Made by a program: the position numbers and the translations under genes
Notes under the pieces: generated by a model
Seen by the model: the letters and a program-made list of their open reading frames with translations, nothing else
Database searches by the model: none
Told to the model about the DNA's origin: nothing
NCBI GenBank assembly: GCA_964291295.2
Contig: OZ219754.1
Span: 1,920,001 to 1,984,000, forward strand
Source of the DNA: an uncultured Candidatus Binatia bacterium
GTDB taxonomy: Bacteria > Desulfobacterota > Binatia > UBA9968 > JAJDTQ01
DNA length: 64,000 bases
Reading direction: 5' to 3'
In this document: positions 36,426 to 47,618 of the stretch, one piece after another
How positions within the stretch are numbered: the first letter of the stretch is position 1
Layout of the letters: each line of letters opens with the position of its first letter

Positions 36426-39122
36426 ATGGCCACCATCTACGTCGACGGGCGAGCCTGTGAGGCGGATCCGGGCCGGAATCTGCTGGAGGTCTGCCTCTCC
36501 AGGGGGCTGGATCTGCCCTACTTCTGCTGGCATCCGGCGCTGGGTTCGGTGGGCGCCTGCCGCCAGTGTGCGGTCAAGCAGTACCGGGACGAGCAGGACA
36601 CGCGCGGCCGCATCGTCATGGCGTGCATGACCCCGGCGGTGGACGGCGCGCGCATCTCCATCCGGGACGAGGACGCGGTACGGTTCCGCGCCGGCATCAT
36701 CGAGCTTCTGATGAGCAATCATCCCCACGATTGCCCGGTGTGCGACGAGGGCGGCGAGTGCCACCTCCAGGACATGACGGTGATGACCGGCCACAACTAC
36801 CGTGGCTACCGTTTCGGCAAGCGTACCTTCGACAACCAGCAACTGGGCCCGTTCATCAACCACGAGATGAACCGCTGCATCACCTGCTACCGTTGCGTGC
36901 GCTACTACCGGGACTACGCCGGCGGCAAGGATCTGGACGCCTTCGCCTCGCACAACCATGTCTATTTCGGCCGACATGAGGACGGCACGCTGGAGAACGA
37001 GTTCAGCGGCAATCTGGTGGAGATCTGCCCCACCGGCGTGTTCACCGACAAGACGCTCAAGCAGCACTATACGCGCAAGTGGGACCTGCAGACCGCTCCG
37101 TCGGTGTGCGCGCACTGCAGTCTCGGCTGCAACACCATCGCCGGCGAGCGCTACGGCCAGCTTCGACGCATCCTGAACCGCTACAATTCCGAGGTCAACG
37201 GCTATTTCCTGTGCGACCGGGGTCGGTTCGGCTATGACTTCGTCAACGGCCCCGGGCGTCTGCGCCAACCGCAGCTGCGCGCGAAAGGTGAAACCCGGCC
37301 GGCAAGCGCGCCGGAGGCGCTGAGCCGGGGGGCGGCGCTGCTCGGCCGTCAGTCCCGGGTCATCGGCATCGGCTCGCCACGGGCCTCGCTGGAGGCCAAC
37401 TTCGCGCTCCGCACGCTGGTGGGGGCCAGGAACTTCTTCAGCGGCATGGCGGCCGGAGAGGACCACCTGGTGGCCCGCATGCTGTGGGTGCTGCACGGCA
37501 GCCGTGTCCGGACCCCCTCGTTGCGTCAGGTGGAGTCCGCGGACGCGGTGTTCATCCTTGGCGAGGATCTCACCCAGACGGCCCCCATGCTGGCGCTGGC
37601 GGTGCGTCAGGCGGTGAAGCAGGCGCCGCGAGGGGAGGCCATGCGGTTGCGCATTCCCCGTTGGGACGACGCCGCCCTGCGGGAGGTGATGCAGCAGCAG
37701 AAGGGCCCCCTGTATATCGCCAGCGCCGGCGCCACCCGTCTGGACGAGGTGGCCACCGCGAGCCGCCGCGGCGCCCCCGACGACGTGGCGCGGCTGGGCT
37801 TCGCCGTGGCCCGGGCGCTGGACGCCGCGGCGCCGGAGGTGGAGGGGCTCTCGGACGACGACCGCACACTGGCCGAGGCCATCGCCGGCGCGTTGCGGGC
37901 GGCGGAGCGGCCGGTGGTGATATCGGGGTCGGGCAGCGGCAGCGAGGCGGTGATCGACGCCGCCGCGCAGGTGGCGCGGGCGCTGGGGCGGGAACGGACG
38001 ACGGACCTGTGCTTCACCGCCTCCGAGTGCAACAGCTTCGGCCTGGGCCTTCTGAACGCTCTGAATACTTCCGAGGCCGTCCAGAGGGTGGCCGACGGTC
38101 TGGTGGACACGGTGGTGGTGCTCGAGAACGACCTCTACCGCCGGGCCGCCGGTGCCGCGGTGGACGCGATGCTGTCGTCGGCCAATGTCATCGCCATCGA
38201 TCACTCCGCCCACGCCACCACCGCGGGCGCCGCCCTGGCGCTGCCGGCGGGCACTTTCGCCGAGAGCGCCGGCACCGTGGTGAACAACGAGGGCCGGGCG
38301 CAGCGCTTCTACCAGGTCTTTGTTCCCGAAGGGGACGTCAAGCCGGCCTGGCGCTGGCTGCGGGATCTGGCCCGGGCGGCCGGGCGCACCGAACTGGGCG
38401 CTCTGGCGTCGCCGGACGACCTTCTGGCCGCGCTGGCGCGGGCGGTGCCGGTTTTCTCTCCGCTGCCGGACAACCTGCCCACGGCCGCGTTCCGGGTGAA
38501 GGGGGAGAAGGTGCCGCGTCTCTCGCCGCGCGCAAGCGGCCGCACCGCCGTGCAGGCCCACCTGCGCGTCCACGAGCCCAAGCCGCCGGCGGATGCGGAT
38601 TCGCCGCTGGCGTTTTCCATGGAGGGCTATCCCTGGCAGCCGCCCGCGCCGCTCATCACGCGGTTCTGGGCGCCCGGGTGGAACTCGGTGCAGTCCCTGA
38701 ACAAGTTTCAGGCCGAAGTGGGCGGCGCGCTGACCGGCGGTGATCCCGGCATACGACTCCTGGAGCCCGGCGCCAATGGCGACGCGGCTTACAACGGGGA
38801 GATTCCGGCGCCGTTCGAGCCGCGGGAGGGGGAGGTGCTGGTGGTGCCGCTGCATCACATCTTCGGCTCCGATGAGTTGAGCGCGGCCGCGCCCGCGGTG
38901 GCCCAGCGCTGCCCCGAGCCGTATGTCGCGCTGAACCCGGAAGACGCGCGGCGACTGGATGTGGCTGAAGGAGACCTGGTGGAACTTCAACTCGACGGCG
39001 CCCTGTACCGGCTGCCGGCCCGGCTGTCCGGGGGCATGGCGGCAGGCGTCGCCGGCGTGCCCATGGGAATCGCGGTGAAGGGCGCCGACGTTCCCGCGCG
39101 GAGTCTGTGCCGCAAGGTGTGA
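36426..39122 (+). CDS. nuoG: NADH-quinone oxidoreductase subunit G (long form with extra N7 cluster motif)
   Basis: 'GACRQC', '[14 protein letters not shown]', 'CITCYRC', 'CAHCSLGC...LCDRG'. Confidence 0.97.
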   Translation: MATIYVDGRACEADPGRNLLEVCLSRGLDLPYFCWHPALGSVGACRQCAVKQYRDEQDTRGRIVMACMTPAVDGARISIRDEDAVRFRAGIIELLMSNHPHDCPVCDEGGECHLQDMTVMTGHNYRGYRFGKRTFDNQQLGPFINHEMNRCITCYRCVRYYRDYAGGKDLDAFASHNHVYFGRHEDGTLENEFSGNLVEICPTGVFTDKTLKQHYTRKWDLQTAPSVCAHCSLGCNTIAGERYGQLRRILNRYNSEVNGYFLCDRGRFGYDFVNGPGRLRQPQLRAKGETRPASAPEALSRGAALLGRQSRVIGIGSPRASLEANFALRTLVGARNFFSGMAAGEDHLVARMLWVLHGSRVRTPSLRQVESADAVFILGEDLTQTAPMLALAVRQAVKQAPRGEAMRLRIPRWDDAALREVMQQQKGPLYIASAGATRLDEVATASRRGAPDDVARLGFAVARALDAAAPEVEGLSDDDRTLAEAIAGALRAAERPVVISGSGSGSEAVIDAAAQVARALGRERTTDLCFTASECNSFGLGLLNALNTSEAVQRVADGLVDTVVVLENDLYRRAAGAAVDAMLSSANVIAIDHSAHATTAGAALALPAGTFAESAGTVVNNEGRAQRFYQVFVPEGDVKPAWRWLRDLARAAGRTELGALASPDDLLAALARAVPVFSPLPDNLPTAAFRVKGEKVPRLSPRASGRTAVQAHLRVHEPKPPADADSPLAFSMEGYPWQPPAPLITRFWAPGWNSVQSLNKFQAEVGGALTGGDPGIRLLEPGANGDAAYNGEIPAPFEPREGEVLVVPLHHIFGSDELSAAAPAVAQRCPEPYVALNPEDARRLDVAEGDLVELQLDGALYRLPARLSGGMAAGVAGVPMGIAVKGADVPARSLCRKV

Positions 39123-39123
39123 C

Positions 39124-40083
39124 GTGAAGGACGTGCTGTTGCAGATCACGGTGGTCCTGGGGGTGCTCAACGCCCCCCTGATCCTGGCCGCCCTGCTCAT
39201 CTGGCTGGAGCGGCGGTTCCTGGCCCTTTTGCAGGACCGCCACGGCCCCAACCGGGTGGGGCCGTTCGGGCTCGGCATCGTGCTGGCCGACATGGTCAAG
39301 ATCTTCACCAAGGAAGACTGGGTGCCGCCGTTCGCGGACCGGGTGGTGTTCACCCTGGCACCGGCGGTCATCGTCATCACGGGCCTCCTGTCCGTGGCGG
39401 TGATTCCCATCACCGGGACCATCGGGGTCGCCGACCTCAACATCGGGCTGCTGTTCTTCCTTGCGATGTCGTCCATGGGCGTCTACAGCGTGGTGCTGGC
39501 GGGCTGGGCCTCCAACAACAAGTACGCCCTGCTGGGCGGGCTGCGGGCCTCGGCGCAGATGGTCAGCTACGAGGTCTTCATGGGCCTCTCGCTCATGGGA
39601 GTGGTGCTGCTGGCGGGCTCGTTCAGCCTGCGGGAGATCGTCGAGGCGCAGCGGAACCTGTGGTTCATCGTGCCGCAACTGCCGGGCTTCATCATCTTCT
39701 TCATCGCGGGTCTGGCCGAGACCCACCGCCTGCCCTTCGACCTCCCCGAGGCCGAGGCCGAGCTGGTGGCGGGTTTTCACTCCGAGTACTCGGGGATGAA
39801 GTTCGGCATGTTCTTCGTCGGCGAATACGTCGGCGTGATCGTGATCTCGGCCATGATCGTCACGCTGTTCTTCGGCGGCTGGATGGGGCCGGTGCTGCCG
39901 GGCATCGTGTGGTTCGGGCTCAAGCTGCTGTTCTTCATCCTGGTGTTCATCACGCTGCGGGCGGCGCTGCCGCGGCCGCGTTTCGACCAGCTCATGGCGT
40001 TTGGCTGGAAGGTGCTGCTGCCGCTGTCGCTGCTGAATGTCGTGGTGACGGCCGGGGTGTTGCTGCTGGTGTCGGGGAACTGA
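39124..40083 (+). CDS. nuoH: NADH-quinone oxidoreductase subunit H
   Basis: '[11 protein letters not shown]', '[10 protein letters not shown]', 'RPRFDQ'. Confidence 0.97.
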   Translation: MKDVLLQITVVLGVLNAPLILAALLIWLERRFLALLQDRHGPNRVGPFGLGIVLADMVKIFTKEDWVPPFADRVVFTLAPAVIVITGLLSVAVIPITGTIGVADLNIGLLFFLAMSSMGVYSVVLAGWASNNKYALLGGLRASAQMVSYEVFMGLSLMGVVLLAGSFSLREIVEAQRNLWFIVPQLPGFIIFFIAGLAETHRLPFDLPEAEAELVAGFHSEYSGMKFGMFFVGEYVGVIVISAMIVTLFFGGWMGPVLPGIVWFGLKLLFFILVFITLRAALPRPRFDQLMAFGWKVLLPLSLLNVVVTAGVLLLVSGN

Positions 40084-40104
40084 GGAAGGTTCGAGGAGTC
40101 GCCG

Positions 40105-40620
40105 ATGTGGAGCATGCTGAGGACCCTCTGGACGGTGCTGTTGCACCTCTTCCGGCGGCCGGTGACGGTCCAGTACCCGGATGAGAAGCCGTATCTGCCG
40201 CCGCGCTACCGCGGCCGGATCATCCTGTCGCGGGATCCGGACGGCGACGAACGCTGCGTGGGATGCTATCTCTGCTCCGCCGCCTGCCCGGTGGACTGCA
40301 TCGCCCTCCAGGCCGGCGAACGCCAGGACGGCCGGCGCTATCCGGAGTTCTTTCGCATCAATTTCTCGCGCTGCATCTTCTGCGGTCTGTGCGAGGAGGC
40401 GTGTCCCACCTACGCCATACAGCTCACTCCGGACTTCGAGCTTTGCGACTTCGACCGGCAGAGTCTGGTCTACGAGAAAAAGGACCTGCTGATCGACGGC
40501 ACCGGCAAGTACCCGGGATACAACTTCTACCGGGTCGCCGGCCTGGCCGTCAGCGGCAAGGACAAGGGGGAGTCGGAAAACGAGGACAAGCCCGTGGACG
40601 TGAAGAGCCTGCTCCCCTGA
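40105..40620 (+). CDS. nuoI: NADH-quinone oxidoreductase subunit I
   Basis: Two CxxCxxCxxxCP motifs. Confidence 0.97.
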   Translation: MWSMLRTLWTVLLHLFRRPVTVQYPDEKPYLPPRYRGRIILSRDPDGDERCVGCYLCSAACPVDCIALQAGERQDGRRYPEFFRINFSRCIFCGLCEEACPTYAIQLTPDFELCDFDRQSLVYEKKDLLIDGTGKYPGYNFYRVAGLAVSGKDKGESENEDKPVDVKSLLP

Positions 40621-40703
40621 CGGGCGGACGCGGCGGCCGCCAGGCCTCCGCACGCGCACCCGGAACGCGTATTCGGGCGTACTCGGAGTACCATGACAGT
40701 ATC

Positions 40704-41219
40704 ATGACGCTTATCTACTACATGGCGGCCGCCGTCGCGGTCTTCGCGACGGCCATGGTCATCACCCGGTCCAATGCGGTACACGCTCTGCTCTACATGA
40801 TCGTGTCGCTGCTGTCGCTGGCGTTGGTCTTCTTCACCTTGGGGGCGCCCTTCGTGGCGGCGCTGGAGGTGATCATCTATGCCGGGGCCATCGTGGTCCT
40901 GTTCGTGTTCGTCGTGATGATGCTCAATCTCGGCAGCGAGGCCACCGCCCGCGAGCAGCAATGGCTGCAACCCGAGGCGTGGCGCGGGCCGGCGATCCTC
41001 TGCGCGATACTGTTCGTCGAGTTCCTGGCGTTGCTGGTGATCGAGCCCGGCCCGGCGGGCGCCCCGGCGCCGGTGGGCGTCAAGCGCGTGGGCGCCGCCC
41101 TTTACGGCCCCTACGTGCTGGGGGTGGAACTGGCCGCCATGCTTCTGCTGGCGGGGCTGGTGGGAGCCTTTCATCTGGGCCGCCGGGTGCCGTCGGACGA
41201 CGAGGAGGGCGAGTCGTGA
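40704..41219 (+). CDS. nuoJ: NADH-quinone oxidoreductase subunit J
   Basis: 'NAVHALLY', '[16 protein letters not shown]'. Confidence 0.95.
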   Translation: MTLIYYMAAAVAVFATAMVITRSNAVHALLYMIVSLLSLALVFFTLGAPFVAALEVIIYAGAIVVLFVFVVMMLNLGSEATAREQQWLQPEAWRGPAILCAILFVEFLALLVIEPGPAGAPAPVGVKRVGAALYGPYVLGVELAAMLLLAGLVGAFHLGRRVPSDDEEGES

Positions 41220-41527
41220 TGGCCGCGGTGCCTCTGGAACACGGCCTGGTGCTGGCGGCGGTGCTGTTCGGGCTGGGCCTGACGGGCGTCCTGGTGCGCC
41301 GCAACCTCATCTTCGTGCTGTTGTCCCTGGAGATCATGCTCAACGCCGCCGCCCTGGCTTTCGTGGTGGCGGGTGCGCACTGGGGCCAGGCGGACGGCCA
41401 GATCATGTTCTTTTTCATCCTGGCCATGGCTGCCGCCGAGGTCGCGGTGGGACTGGCGCTGGTGGTGCAGGTCTACCACCGATACCATTCCCTGGACGTC
41501 GATGCCCTGAGCCACATGAGAGGATGA
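41219..41527 (+). CDS. nuoK: NADH-quinone oxidoreductase subunit K
   Basis: '[16 protein letters not shown]', '[11 protein letters not shown]'. Confidence 0.96.
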   Translation: MAAVPLEHGLVLAAVLFGLGLTGVLVRRNLIFVLLSLEIMLNAAALAFVVAGAHWGQADGQIMFFFILAMAAAEVAVGLALVVQVYHRYHSLDVDALSHMRG

Positions 41528-41528
41528 C

Positions 41529-43436
41529 ATGCTCGATCTGCTGTGGCTGATACCCGCGCTGCCTCTTCTCGGGTTCCTGGCCCTGACACTGGCCGGATCG
41601 CGCCTGTCGCGCACCGAGGTGGCCTGGGTGGGCTGTGGCTCCGTCGGCCTGTCCGCGGTGATCACCCTGATCGTGGGACTGAGCTTCCTGGCCGCGCCGC
41701 CCCCGGAGGCGCGCTTTACCCAGACCCTGTGGGTGTGGCTCGACGTGGCCGGCTTCCGGCCCGCCTTCGCCCTTTACCTGGACGCCCTTTCGCTGACCAT
41801 GATCTTCGTGGTCACCTTCGTGGGTTTCCTCATTCACCTCTATTCGGTGGAGTACATGCGGGAGGAAGAGGGCTACAGCCGCTTCTTCGCCTACATGAAC
41901 CTGTTCGTCTGTGCCATGCTCACGCTGCTGCTGGCGGACAACCTGATGCTGCTGTTGCTGGGCTGGGAGGGCGTGGGCCTCTGCAGCTACCTGCTGATCG
42001 GCTTCTTCTACAGGGACGAGGCCAACGGCCGGGCCGCGAGCAAGGCGTTCATCGTCACCCGGGTCGGCGACACCGCCATGCTCTTGGCGCTGTTTCTCCT
42101 CTTTGCCGAGCTGGGGACCCTGGACATCCAGGAACTCCTGCAGCGTGCCGGCCAGCAGTTCCCGCCGGGCTCGGGCCTGGCGGTGGTGGTGGCGGTGCTG
42201 CTGCTGGGCGGGGCCGTGGGCAAGTCCGCGCAGCTTCCGCTCCAGACCTGGCTGCCCGACGCCATGGCGGGCCCCACGCCGGTGAGCGCTCTCATCCACG
42301 CCGCCACCATGGTGACCGCGGGCGTCTATCTCATCGCCCGCACACACGTGCTGTTCACCCTGGCGCCGGCGGTGCTGGCGCTGGTGGCGGTCATCGGCAC
42401 CCTGACGCTGCTCATGGCGGGCTTTGCGGCGCTGGTGCAGAGCGACATCAAGCGCGTGCTGGCCTATTCCACCATCAGTCAGATCGGCTACATGTTTCTG
42501 GCCTTGGGGGTGGGCGCATGGTCCGCGGCGCTGTTTCACTTCATGATCCACGCCTTCTTCAAGGCGCTGTTGTTCCTGGGCGCGGGCGCGGTCATCCTGT
42601 CCCTGCACCATGAGCAGGACATGTACCGCATGGGCGGCCTGCGCCGGCTTTTGCCCGTGACCTTCTGGTGCTTCCTCATCGGCAGCGGGGCGCTGGCGGC
42701 CATTCCCGTGGTCACCGCCGGCTTCTACAGCAAGGATCTGATCATCTGGAACGCCTACAACTCCCACATCGGCGGCGTCTGGCTCTGGGCCGGCGCCCTG
42801 GCGGGCGCGCTGCTGACCTCCATCTACACCTTCCGCATGGTGTTCCTGACCTTCTGCCGGCAAGCCGGCGAGGGGGTCAAGCCTCTGCTGCCGCTCCGCC
42901 AGCCCGGACCGTGCGTCCACGTGCCGCTGGTGGTGCTGGCGGTGTTGTCCCTTGCCGGCGGGTTCATCGAGTTGCCCCACACCATGGGCGAGCTCACGTT
43001 GTTCTCGGGTTTCCTGAACACGGCGTTGCCCGAGTTCCACGGCGCCCACGCGAGCTACGGCACGGAGCTCGCCTTCGAGCTGCTGGCGGCGGCCGCGTCC
43101 CTCGGCGGCGTGTACCTGGTGTGGTTCCGGGTGATGGGAGCGTCCGGTGCCCTGCAACGCATCGCGGCGCGGCCGTGGGCGGCCGCGGTGGAGCAGCTTT
43201 GGCGCTCCGGCTGGGGGTTCGACCGGCTCTATGACACGCTCTTCGTCCAACCCTGGCTGTGGTGTGCCCGCGTCAACAAGGACGACTTCATCGACGCCCT
43301 CTATCGCGCCGCGGCCTTCGTCACCGAGATGCTGCACTTCGTTGTCAGCCTGACCCAGACCGGCGCGGTGCGGTGGTATGCCACCGGCATTGCCGTGGGC
43401 GCGGTGGTCACCGTGGGACTGGTGATCCTGCTATGA
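41529..43436 (+). CDS. nuoL: NADH-quinone oxidoreductase subunit L
   Basis: 'GKSAQLPLQTWLPDAMAGPTPVSALIHAATMV', 'HAFFKALLFL'. Confidence 0.97.
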   Translation: MLDLLWLIPALPLLGFLALTLAGSRLSRTEVAWVGCGSVGLSAVITLIVGLSFLAAPPPEARFTQTLWVWLDVAGFRPAFALYLDALSLTMIFVVTFVGFLIHLYSVEYMREEEGYSRFFAYMNLFVCAMLTLLLADNLMLLLLGWEGVGLCSYLLIGFFYRDEANGRAASKAFIVTRVGDTAMLLALFLLFAELGTLDIQELLQRAGQQFPPGSGLAVVVAVLLLGGAVGKSAQLPLQTWLPDAMAGPTPVSALIHAATMVTAGVYLIARTHVLFTLAPAVLALVAVIGTLTLLMAGFAALVQSDIKRVLAYSTISQIGYMFLALGVGAWSAALFHFMIHAFFKALLFLGAGAVILSLHHEQDMYRMGGLRRLLPVTFWCFLIGSGALAAIPVVTAGFYSKDLIIWNAYNSHIGGVWLWAGALAGALLTSIYTFRMVFLTFCRQAGEGVKPLLPLRQPGPCVHVPLVVLAVLSLAGGFIELPHTMGELTLFSGFLNTALPEFHGAHASYGTELAFELLAAAASLGGVYLVWFRVMGASGALQRIAARPWAAAVEQLWRSGWGFDRLYDTLFVQPWLWCARVNKDDFIDALYRAAAFVTEMLHFVVSLTQTGAVRWYATGIAVGAVVTVGLVILL

Positions 43437-44995
43437 ACGTGACCTGGATTCTGCTGATGCCCCTGGCGGGCGGGCTGGCGGCGTGGCTCTCGGGCCGCTG
43501 GAGCGACCTGTGGCCGCGCTGGATTTCGCTGGCCACGGCACTGCTCCATCTGCTGTTCCTGCTGGTCACCTGGGGCGTCTTCTTCGCGGGCATCGAGACC
43601 GGGCAGGGCGGCTGGCTCATGGTCTACAAACAGCCGTGGATTCCGCAGTTGGGCATCAGCTTCCACCTGGCGGTGGACGGTCTCAGCCTGCTGCTGTTGC
43701 TGTTGGCGAGCTTTCTGACGGTGCTGGCGGTGCTGACCTCCTGGACCTCGGTCACGCACTCGGTGGGGTTCTTCCACCTCAATCTGTTGCTGGTCCTGAC
43801 CGCCCTTTCGGGCGTCTTCGTCGCCTTCGACCTGTTCCTTTTCTTCGTCTTCTGGGAGATATCCCTGCTGCCGCTGTACTTTCTCATCGGCATCTGGGGT
43901 TACGAGAACCGGGTGTATGCCACCACCAAGTTCTTCATCATCACCCAGGGGAGCGGGCTGCTGATGCTGCTGGCGATCCTGGGGCTGGTGGCGGTGCACT
44001 GGCAGTCCACGGGCGTCATGACCTTCGACTACCTGGAGCTGGTGGGGACGTCCATGTCGGAAGCGACGGCGTGGTGGCTCATGCTGGGCTTCTTCATCGC
44101 GTTCGCCGTCAAGCTGCCGGTGGTGCCGTTCCACACCTGGCTGCCGGACGCCCACACGCAGGCGCCCACCGCGGGCAGCGTGGCGCTGGCCGGCCTGCTG
44201 CTCAAGGTCGGCGCCTACGGCATGCTGCGGTTCGTCCTGCCGCTCTTTCCCCGGGCCGCTTCGGACTTCGCCCTCGCCGCCATGATCCTGGCGGTGGTGG
44301 GCATCCTCTACGGCGCGGTGCTGGCCTTGGGTCAGACCGACCTGAAGCGCATGGTGGCCTACACCAGCATCAGCCACATGGGCTTCGTGCTACTGGGCAT
44401 CTTCACGTGGAACGACCTGGCCCTCCAGGGGGCGGTGATCATCATGCTTTCCCACGGCTTCAGCGCCGCCGCCCTGTTCATGCTGGTGGGTGACCTTCAG
44501 CACCGCACCCATACGCGCGATCTTGGCCGCCTCGGCGGGCTGTGGGCCACCGCGCCGCGGATGGGCGGCGTCGGGCTGTTCTTCGCAATGGCGTCCCTGG
44601 GGCTGCCGGGCCTTGCCAGCTTCGTGGGTGAATTCCTGGTGCTCCTGGGGGCTTTCCAGGTCAACGCGCCGTTGACGGTGCTGGCCTCGGTGGGCCTCGT
44701 GGCCGCCACCATCTATTCGTTGTGGATGATGCAGAAAGTCTACTACGGCGCCAACACGGGAGCGTGGAAGCTCGACGACACCAGCGGCCGGGAGATGGCG
44801 GGCATGGCGTCCCTCATGGGTGCGACGCTCTGGCTGGGTCTCTATCCGCAACCGGTGCTGACAACCGCCGGCGACGCGCTGGCGCAGATGCGGCAGTTCG
44901 CGGAGAAGGCGCGGCCCGTGGCGTCCGGCACCGGGGAGCGTGACGCGCCGGATGGCGTCGCCGCCGCGCCGCCGCAAGGAGGGCGGCGGCCGTGA
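43433..44995 (+). CDS. nuoM: NADH-quinone oxidoreductase subunit M
   Basis: 'KLPVVPFHTWLPDAHTQAPT', 'AYTSISHMG', 'FVGEF'. Confidence 0.96.
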   Translation: MNVTWILLMPLAGGLAAWLSGRWSDLWPRWISLATALLHLLFLLVTWGVFFAGIETGQGGWLMVYKQPWIPQLGISFHLAVDGLSLLLLLLASFLTVLAVLTSWTSVTHSVGFFHLNLLLVLTALSGVFVAFDLFLFFVFWEISLLPLYFLIGIWGYENRVYATTKFFIITQGSGLLMLLAILGLVAVHWQSTGVMTFDYLELVGTSMSEATAWWLMLGFFIAFAVKLPVVPFHTWLPDAHTQAPTAGSVALAGLLLKVGAYGMLRFVLPLFPRAASDFALAAMILAVVGILYGAVLALGQTDLKRMVAYTSISHMGFVLLGIFTWNDLALQGAVIIMLSHGFSAAALFMLVGDLQHRTHTRDLGRLGGLWATAPRMGGVGLFFAMASLGLPGLASFVGEFLVLLGAFQVNAPLTVLASVGLVAATIYSLWMMQKVYYGANTGAWKLDDTSGREMAGMASLMGATLWLGLYPQPVLTTAGDALAQMRQFAEKARPVASGTGERDAPDGVAAAPPQGGRRP

Positions 44996-46425
44996 ACGTG
45001 TTCGGGGCGCTGACCCCCATCGTCATCCTGGGCCTGACCCCCCTGGTGCTCATGCTGGCGGTCTCGTTCCGCCGCAGCCACGGCCTCGCCGCGCTGCTCT
45101 CGCTGGCGGGTCTCGCGCTGACGCTGGCGGTGCTGCCCGGAGTCACCGGGAGCACGGTGGCGCCGCTCCTGGCCATGGACGCCTATGCGCTCTTCTACAT
45201 CGGGCTGCTTTCCGCCGCCACGATGGTGGTGGTGGTCCTGTCCTACGGCTACCTGGAGCGCACCTCGGGAAACCGCGAGGAGTTCTACCTGCTGCTCACG
45301 CTCGCCACCTTCGGCTGCGCCGTGCTCACCGCCAGCAACCACTTCGTGTCGTTTTTCCTGGGGCTGGAGATCCTGAGCGTCTCCCTCTACGGACTGGTGG
45401 CCTACCGCCGCACCACCCGGACGGCGCTGGAATCCGGCGTCAAGTACCTGATCCTGGCGGCCGCCTCGGCGGCCTTCCTGCTGTTCGGCATGGCGCTCAT
45501 CTACGCGGATCTGGGCACCATGGACTTCGCCGCCATGACATCGGTGCTGGCGGGCAAGGCATGGGAACCGACCCTGCTGCTGCTCGGGGGCTTTGCCATG
45601 GTGGTCATCGGTGCCGGCTTCAAGCTCGCCGTGGTCCCGTTCCACATGTGGGCGCCGGACGTTTACCAGGGCGCCCCCACGCCGGTCACCGCCTATCTGG
45701 CCACCGTGTCCAAGGGCGCCATGGTGGCCCTGCTGCTTCGTTACGGGCAGTACGGCGGACTGCTGGACTACGACTCGGTAGCCACCGTGCTGGCCATCAT
45801 CGCCGTGGCCTCCATGTTCCTCGGCAATCTCCTGGCGCTGCTGCAGGAGAACGTCAAGCGCCTGCTGGCCTGTTCGTCCATCGCCCATCTCGGCTATCTG
45901 CTGGTGGCGGTGGTGGCCGCCTCCCGGGAGGGTTCCCACGCGGTGACGTTCTACCTCGTGGCCTACTTCATCACCTCGCTGGGCATCTTCGGCATCGTCA
46001 CCGCGCTTTCGGACGAGCGCAAGGAGGCCGACGAGGTCAGCGACTACCGCGGTCTTTTCTGGCGCCGCCCGTGGGTGAGCGGCGCCTTGTCGCTCATGCT
46101 CTTCTCGCTGGCGGGGATTCCCCTCACCGCGGGGTTCGTTGGCAAGTTCTACGTCCTCACCGCGGCCGTGCTGTCCGATCTGTGGATCCTGGTGATCCTG
46201 CTGGTGGTGAGCAGCGTCATCGGACTCTGCTACTACCTGCGCATGATCATCACCCTGTACCAGTCCGCGCCTGACGCCGGCTCCTCGCCGCTGCCCGCCA
46301 CCCGCCGTTTCTCCCTGCCCGAGGGGCTTGTGTTCGCCGGACTCACGGTGCTGCTCATCTGGTTCGGCGTCCATCCCGCGCCGTTGCTGGGCGCGATCCA
46401 GGCGGCCATCGGCAGCCTGGCATAG
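44992..46425 (+). CDS. nuoN: NADH-quinone oxidoreductase subunit N
   Basis: 'FKLAVVPFHMWAPDVYQGAP', 'SLAGIPLTAGFVGK'. Confidence 0.96.
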   Translation: MNVFGALTPIVILGLTPLVLMLAVSFRRSHGLAALLSLAGLALTLAVLPGVTGSTVAPLLAMDAYALFYIGLLSAATMVVVVLSYGYLERTSGNREEFYLLLTLATFGCAVLTASNHFVSFFLGLEILSVSLYGLVAYRRTTRTALESGVKYLILAAASAAFLLFGMALIYADLGTMDFAAMTSVLAGKAWEPTLLLLGGFAMVVIGAGFKLAVVPFHMWAPDVYQGAPTPVTAYLATVSKGAMVALLLRYGQYGGLLDYDSVATVLAIIAVASMFLGNLLALLQENVKRLLACSSIAHLGYLLVAVVAASREGSHAVTFYLVAYFITSLGIFGIVTALSDERKEADEVSDYRGLFWRRPWVSGALSLMLFSLAGIPLTAGFVGKFYVLTAAVLSDLWILVILLVVSSVIGLCYYLRMIITLYQSAPDAGSSPLPATRRFSLPEGLVFAGLTVLLIWFGVHPAPLLGAIQAAIGSLA

Positions 46426-46596
46426 GAGCCTGCGCCACAGAAGACCCCCGTGGCAACGGGACCCGCCCAGTTCCAACGGGTGCCGGGTTCGTGTCCGATA
46501 ATGGCACGAGGCGGCAGGTTTCCGGCGGTGTGGACGAGAATCCGTACATCCCTCCCCGCCGGCCACGCGCCGGGGCTCGGCTCCCAGGTCAGGCCG

Positions 46597-47391
46597 TCAG
46601 GCGAGCAGTGCGCCGCGCAGAACCGTGACCGCCTGACCCGACAGGGTGACCCGGCTGCCGCGAACGGCGACCTTGACGAGGCCGCCGCGCTCCGACAGTT
46701 GCCGCGCGGTGAAGGCGCTTCGGCCCAGGCGGTGCTGCCAGTAGGGCCCGAGGCCGCAGTGGGCCGATCCGGTGACCGGGTCCTCGTCGATGCCGGTCCT
46801 GGGGGCGAAGAAGCGTGACACGAAGTCCACGTCCTTGAAGGAAGCCGGCGCCGTGACGATGATCCCGCGCGTGTCGATCTCCGCGAGGCGCGCGAAGTTC
46901 GGCTCGAGCCGTTCCACGGCCATGGGTGTGTCGACTTCGACGAGGTAGTCGAAGCGGTTCCGGCCGACATGGGTCGGCTCGGCGCCCAGGGCGCTGGCAA
47001 GTCCGACCGGAACAGGCGCCGGCGCGGCAGGTTCCGCCGGAAAGTCCATCTCGATCCAACCGCCGCGCAACGCCGCCGACAACCGGCCGGAGCGCGTGTG
47101 GAAGACGGCCGGCGCGTGCGCCGCCAAGTGCCCCTCCTCCCACAGCACGTGGGCGCTGGCCAGCGTGGCGTGGCCGCACAGGTCCACTTCCACCCGGGGC
47201 GTGAACCAGCGCAGGTCGAACACGCCGTTGTCCCGGCGAACAAGGAAAGCCGTTTCCGACAGGTTCATCTCCCGGGCCACCCCCTGCATCCATGCGGCGT
47301 CGGCCGGAACCGGCAGGAGGCACACCGCGGCCGGGTTGCCGCGGAACGGCTCGCTGGTGAAAGCGTCGACCTGAATGAGGGTGGGGGTCAT
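46597..47391 (-). CDS. PhzF-family isomerase/epimerase
   Basis: 'VDAFT..PFRGNPAAV', 'NLSETAF', 'EVDLCGHATLA', 'EDPVTGSAHC'. Confidence 0.93.
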   Translation of the reverse strand: MTPTLIQVDAFTSEPFRGNPAAVCLLPVPADAAWMQGVAREMNLSETAFLVRRDNGVFDLRWFTPRVEVDLCGHATLASAHVLWEEGHLAAHAPAVFHTRSGRLSAALRGGWIEMDFPAEPAAPAPVPVGLASALGAEPTHVGRNRFDYLVEVDTPMAVERLEPNFARLAEIDTRGIIVTAPASFKDVDFVSRFFAPRTGIDEDPVTGSAHCGLGPYWQHRLGRSAFTARQLSERGGLVKVAVRGSRVTLSGQAVTVLRGALLA

Positions 47392-47519
47392 CCGTGACAA
47401 CTCCGGTCCCCGTCCGGTCAAGGTCCGCCGCCCGGACCCCGGGTCCGACGTCGGCTCTCCCTTGCGGGAGCGGACAGAGATCACCCTGAACCCTACCACA
47501 AACCCCAGGCCAGGGCTGA

Positions 47520-47548
47520 TTGACAGGCGTGGCGGACCGGGATTAACT
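47520..47548 (+). promoter_or_regulatory. Possible sigma-70 promoter of the ThDP-frc-ligase operon
   Basis: TTGACA-N17-TTAACT, about 70 nt before the start. Confidence 0.4.
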
Positions 47549-47618
47549 AACGGAATTTTGCCGGCGCGGTGGCTGCACGGGGGGTCGCCGGCATACGTTC
47601 CCGCGAAGGACTGCAGAC

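Noticed and set aside
46597-47391. Phenazine biosynthesis
   Set aside because: A lone PhzF-family gene with no phzABDEG.
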